NCBI GenBank assembly: GCA_002104905.1
Contig: MCFE01000336.1
Coordinates: 1 to 64,000, forward strand
DNA: 64,000 nucleotides
Direction: 5' to 3'
DNA from: Basidiobolus meristosporus CBS 931.73
Taxonomy: Eukaryota; Fungi; Basidiobolomycota
Shown here one piece after another: positions 61,218-64,000 of the stretch (the first letter of the stretch is position 1; each line of letters starts with the position of its first letter). The position numbers were made by a program, and so were the translations under genes. Below the pieces are notes generated by a model. It did no database searches, was not told the DNA's origin, and was given only the letters and a program-made list of their open reading frames with translations.

Positions 61218-62289
61218 TTACGGTGTTGTTGCCATTAGGTTGATATGTTCGTAGGATGGTGGAAGAGACATACGTCTAGCGTACGGGTTTGTAGGTTGTT
61301 CAGATGTATAGACAGGGAGGATTTGATGAAGGTCATGGTTGGACGCACTCATGATTATGATGGGGAACTCAACAGAAAAGGATTCCTCGCCCTCGTCCAG
61401 GTCAACCTTAAAATGCATCTTCAATTTGTGCTGGATCTTGATCAGCTCCGTACAACAGCCTATATGGATATTTGATTTGGTGGGAATAGGCAGTTGTAAA
61501 TTCTTTTCAAGCACCCCATGAAACCGCTCTGCATCTGTCAAGAGCCTCAGCGTTCTCCGCTCTACTGTGAACAAGCTGGTCTCCGGTTTTCGATAGGTAA
61601 TCGACTCTATAAGGTGGCAGTCAACCCGGTTGAGGGAGATGCCTTCATCTTTGGGGGAGTGCTTGATATTTACAGGGATAACATCACCAGGACCGAACGA
61701 TTTTACTGGAAGAGTAATTTCGTACGGAATGCGTCCATTCCAAACATCGTATATATTGATGGGCTCTAGGTGAAAGTCCGAGCGATGGAAAGAGGAGCGG
61801 ATGATCTGGATCTCTCTACTACACGTTGATTTTTTCCTGGGAAACGGTCTATCCATAACCACGTTCAACATGTACTGAACATAGCCGTTTTTGACATGGA
61901 CCGTTTCGGGAAAGGCACCTTCGAAAGGGAGTTCGAAATTAAACTCATGCTTTCCGGGTGAAAGCGTATAATGCTTATTCGTCTGAGGTAAGAGTGGTTT
62001 ATGGATTTTGACAATATTCCGTTTTGCGTGACTAAATTGGGTTTCCCCATTGTAGGCTTGGAAGGAGCTGTCAGCATAAGAAACACAAGCAACATAAAAT
62101 GATGTACTTACTGTACTTCCATGAAACCTTGGATTTCCCCGTCAACTTTACGGACAGGGATTTTATCTTGGTTTCTTCTGATAGATCAACCACAACTTTC
62201 CCACCCAGCACCACCTCCTCTGCTTCCGCCGGATGACCTTGTAGAAACACTTGGTCTTCTGAAAGTAGCACCTCTACTCCGGGTGCCAT
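61218..62289 (-). CDS. Alpha-arrestin, copy B
   Basis: VEVLLSEDQVFLQG..VVLGGKVVV; LSPGKHEFNFELPFEGAFPETV; IPYEITLP; IKIQHKLK; PY motifs LPVY and PPSY. Intron after KVSWK. Confidence 0.88.
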
Positions 62290-63666
62290 AACAAGGGTGT
62301 TGCTCTCGAGGGGAATGAAATAAAAATCTCTTACCTAGCGAGTGGCCTCCTTTTTAAGTGTTGCCACAAAACGCACATCCCTGTGTGATGCTCATTATAT
62401 CCATTGATTACAGGTCACGGCTTTCCAATCAAGGAAAAGTACATTGACTGGGGATTACCTGCCGAAACCACAACCTTGAGCAATGATACTTAAAGTGGAT
62501 ATCAACGGGTGATTATCCTGAAATGCTCACCAGATCCTGGAGTGCAGATATCAATTACTCTCGGACCAATCCGTTGCCTCCAAAATGCTGCACGCAATCC
62601 TCACCTTCCTACATGGTGGGCTCATAGAGGGTTGATAATCAGTTGATAAACCTTCCACCTGCACCGACAGTTACACAAAGATGATGTTGTAAGCATCGCC
62701 GTATTGGGATCTTGCTTGAGCTCACTGGCATCCATATAAAGCATTTGGTTTTATTCACACATTGGATGAGCCAAGCTGGACAACAATTCGACAATATCAT
62801 CAGTATCGTATCTTATGATGAGTCAAGGCGTGGATAATAAGCTGTTGTGTTCTGGTAGATGTATTAGCAGCCATCCTGGGCCCCAAGGGGAAGGTGTCAC
62901 AAAAATCCTTCAGCTGCTACCAGCGGTAGGTAATCAGGATCTGACCTGATCTGCTCTGCTACAGCATCCTACTATCTAGTGGTGCTATTGGCTATATACT
63001 CTTTGGTCTAGTGCAGTGCCCAAGTCCTTCAGACCGATTCGGCCATATTTGAATATTTCAGAGATCCAAGTAGCATCAATAAATCAATAATTATGGCGCA
63101 TCTGGTATCTACCTGTAGACCGAGGTTAGCATGAGTTCGCAGCAAGTTCATCGCAGTGAATCCCGAATAGATTGAGTGCAGCTTGCTCTTGAGGGCCCAT
63201 CAACCACCTTTGTCGCCTGAAATCGCCAAAAAAGGCGACATTGGCGCTTGTGCATTGCTTCCAGCGGCGCCTGGGATTGAGTTGTTTGGCCTGCATAGAG
63301 ACCACCCCTAAGATTTGTCCTTCGTAAGGTACCTCAATGACCTAAATTCGAGTTCATCAATGATGCTCCAGACCAACTCATTCATTTAGTGCTACTCACT
63401 GCTCTTCAATCCAAACTGCGATCAAGGTGGTGGCGAAAAGAAAGACCAGGCTGTATCCTACTGTTGGGGATTCCCCAAGGATCAGGTTTCTTTCTCCTCG
63501 CAATAAGTAGCTTGGTATATAGGTTATCGCTCTGATCCACAATATAAGGATGGCGTTTTTGTCAACTTTTGAAGTAATGGCGACAGATCACGTGCCGATG
63601 GATGAGGACATATAAATTGTATCCGCAGCCTGGGTATCCATTGATAGTCCTCTTGTAGCTTGTAGC

Positions 63667-64000
63667 ATGTCAGATTCGTTTAGTGAAGCCAGCTCATCTA
63701 GAGCGAAAAACGAAAATGATCGTTTCATCAATTCGGAGCAAACTCAGCAACGGGTAAAAGACTTTCTACTCGGACAAAATGACGTCTTGATAAGATACTT
63801 AACTTTTATTGTGTACATATAACGTATATAGCTGCTAATGGAAGAGCAAGACCAACATTTAGACTCAGTACTTAACACTGTGCACAATCTACGTGAAATC
63901 GCAGTAACCATGGGTGGTGAATTGGAGGATCATCAAATGTATGGATTTTTCTGAACAGTCTCCCCTCTAGAATTGTAGATAACCGTTTTTGTAAAGGTTG
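63667..64000 (+). CDS. Tlg1/syntaxin-6-like t-SNARE (partial; runs off the window end, 5' extent uncertain)
   Basis: Exons DRFINSEQTQQR|LLMEEQDQHLDSVLNTVHNLREIAVTMGGELEDHQM| with GT-AG introns; Qc-SNARE heptad pattern. Confidence 0.75.

Overview
Eukaryotic, intron-rich fungal genomic DNA, probably an early-diverging (zygomycete-grade) lineage. That assignment is inferred from the short GT-AG introns and from gene families uncommon in yeasts and moulds (sphingomyelin-synthase family, receiver-domain cAMP phosphodiesterase). The conserved core genes are LSB3/YSC84, ASC1/RACK1 (hosting a U24/snR24-like C/D snoRNA), IFA38, PNS1, a HINT3-like HIT protein, WSS1, VTS1, MCM10, two tandem alpha-arrestins and a partial Tlg1/syntaxin-6-like SNARE. 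The accessory content is mostly intronless: a five-gene paralog array (about 5.1-13.5 kb) with a likely tubby-C/DUF6593-like fold, a 12-Cys secreted peptide, an SMS-family enzyme, a secreted tectonin-like propeller and an N-formylglutamate amidohydrolase-like gene. Two strongly CpG-depleted blocks (about 46-48.7 kb and 53.4-55.4 kb) carry a degenerate foldback repeat family, and a possible KDZ transposon relic lies at about 42.8-44.2 kb. Exon boundaries were read by eye and no database searches were run. No CRISPR array, rRNA or tRNA gene was found.
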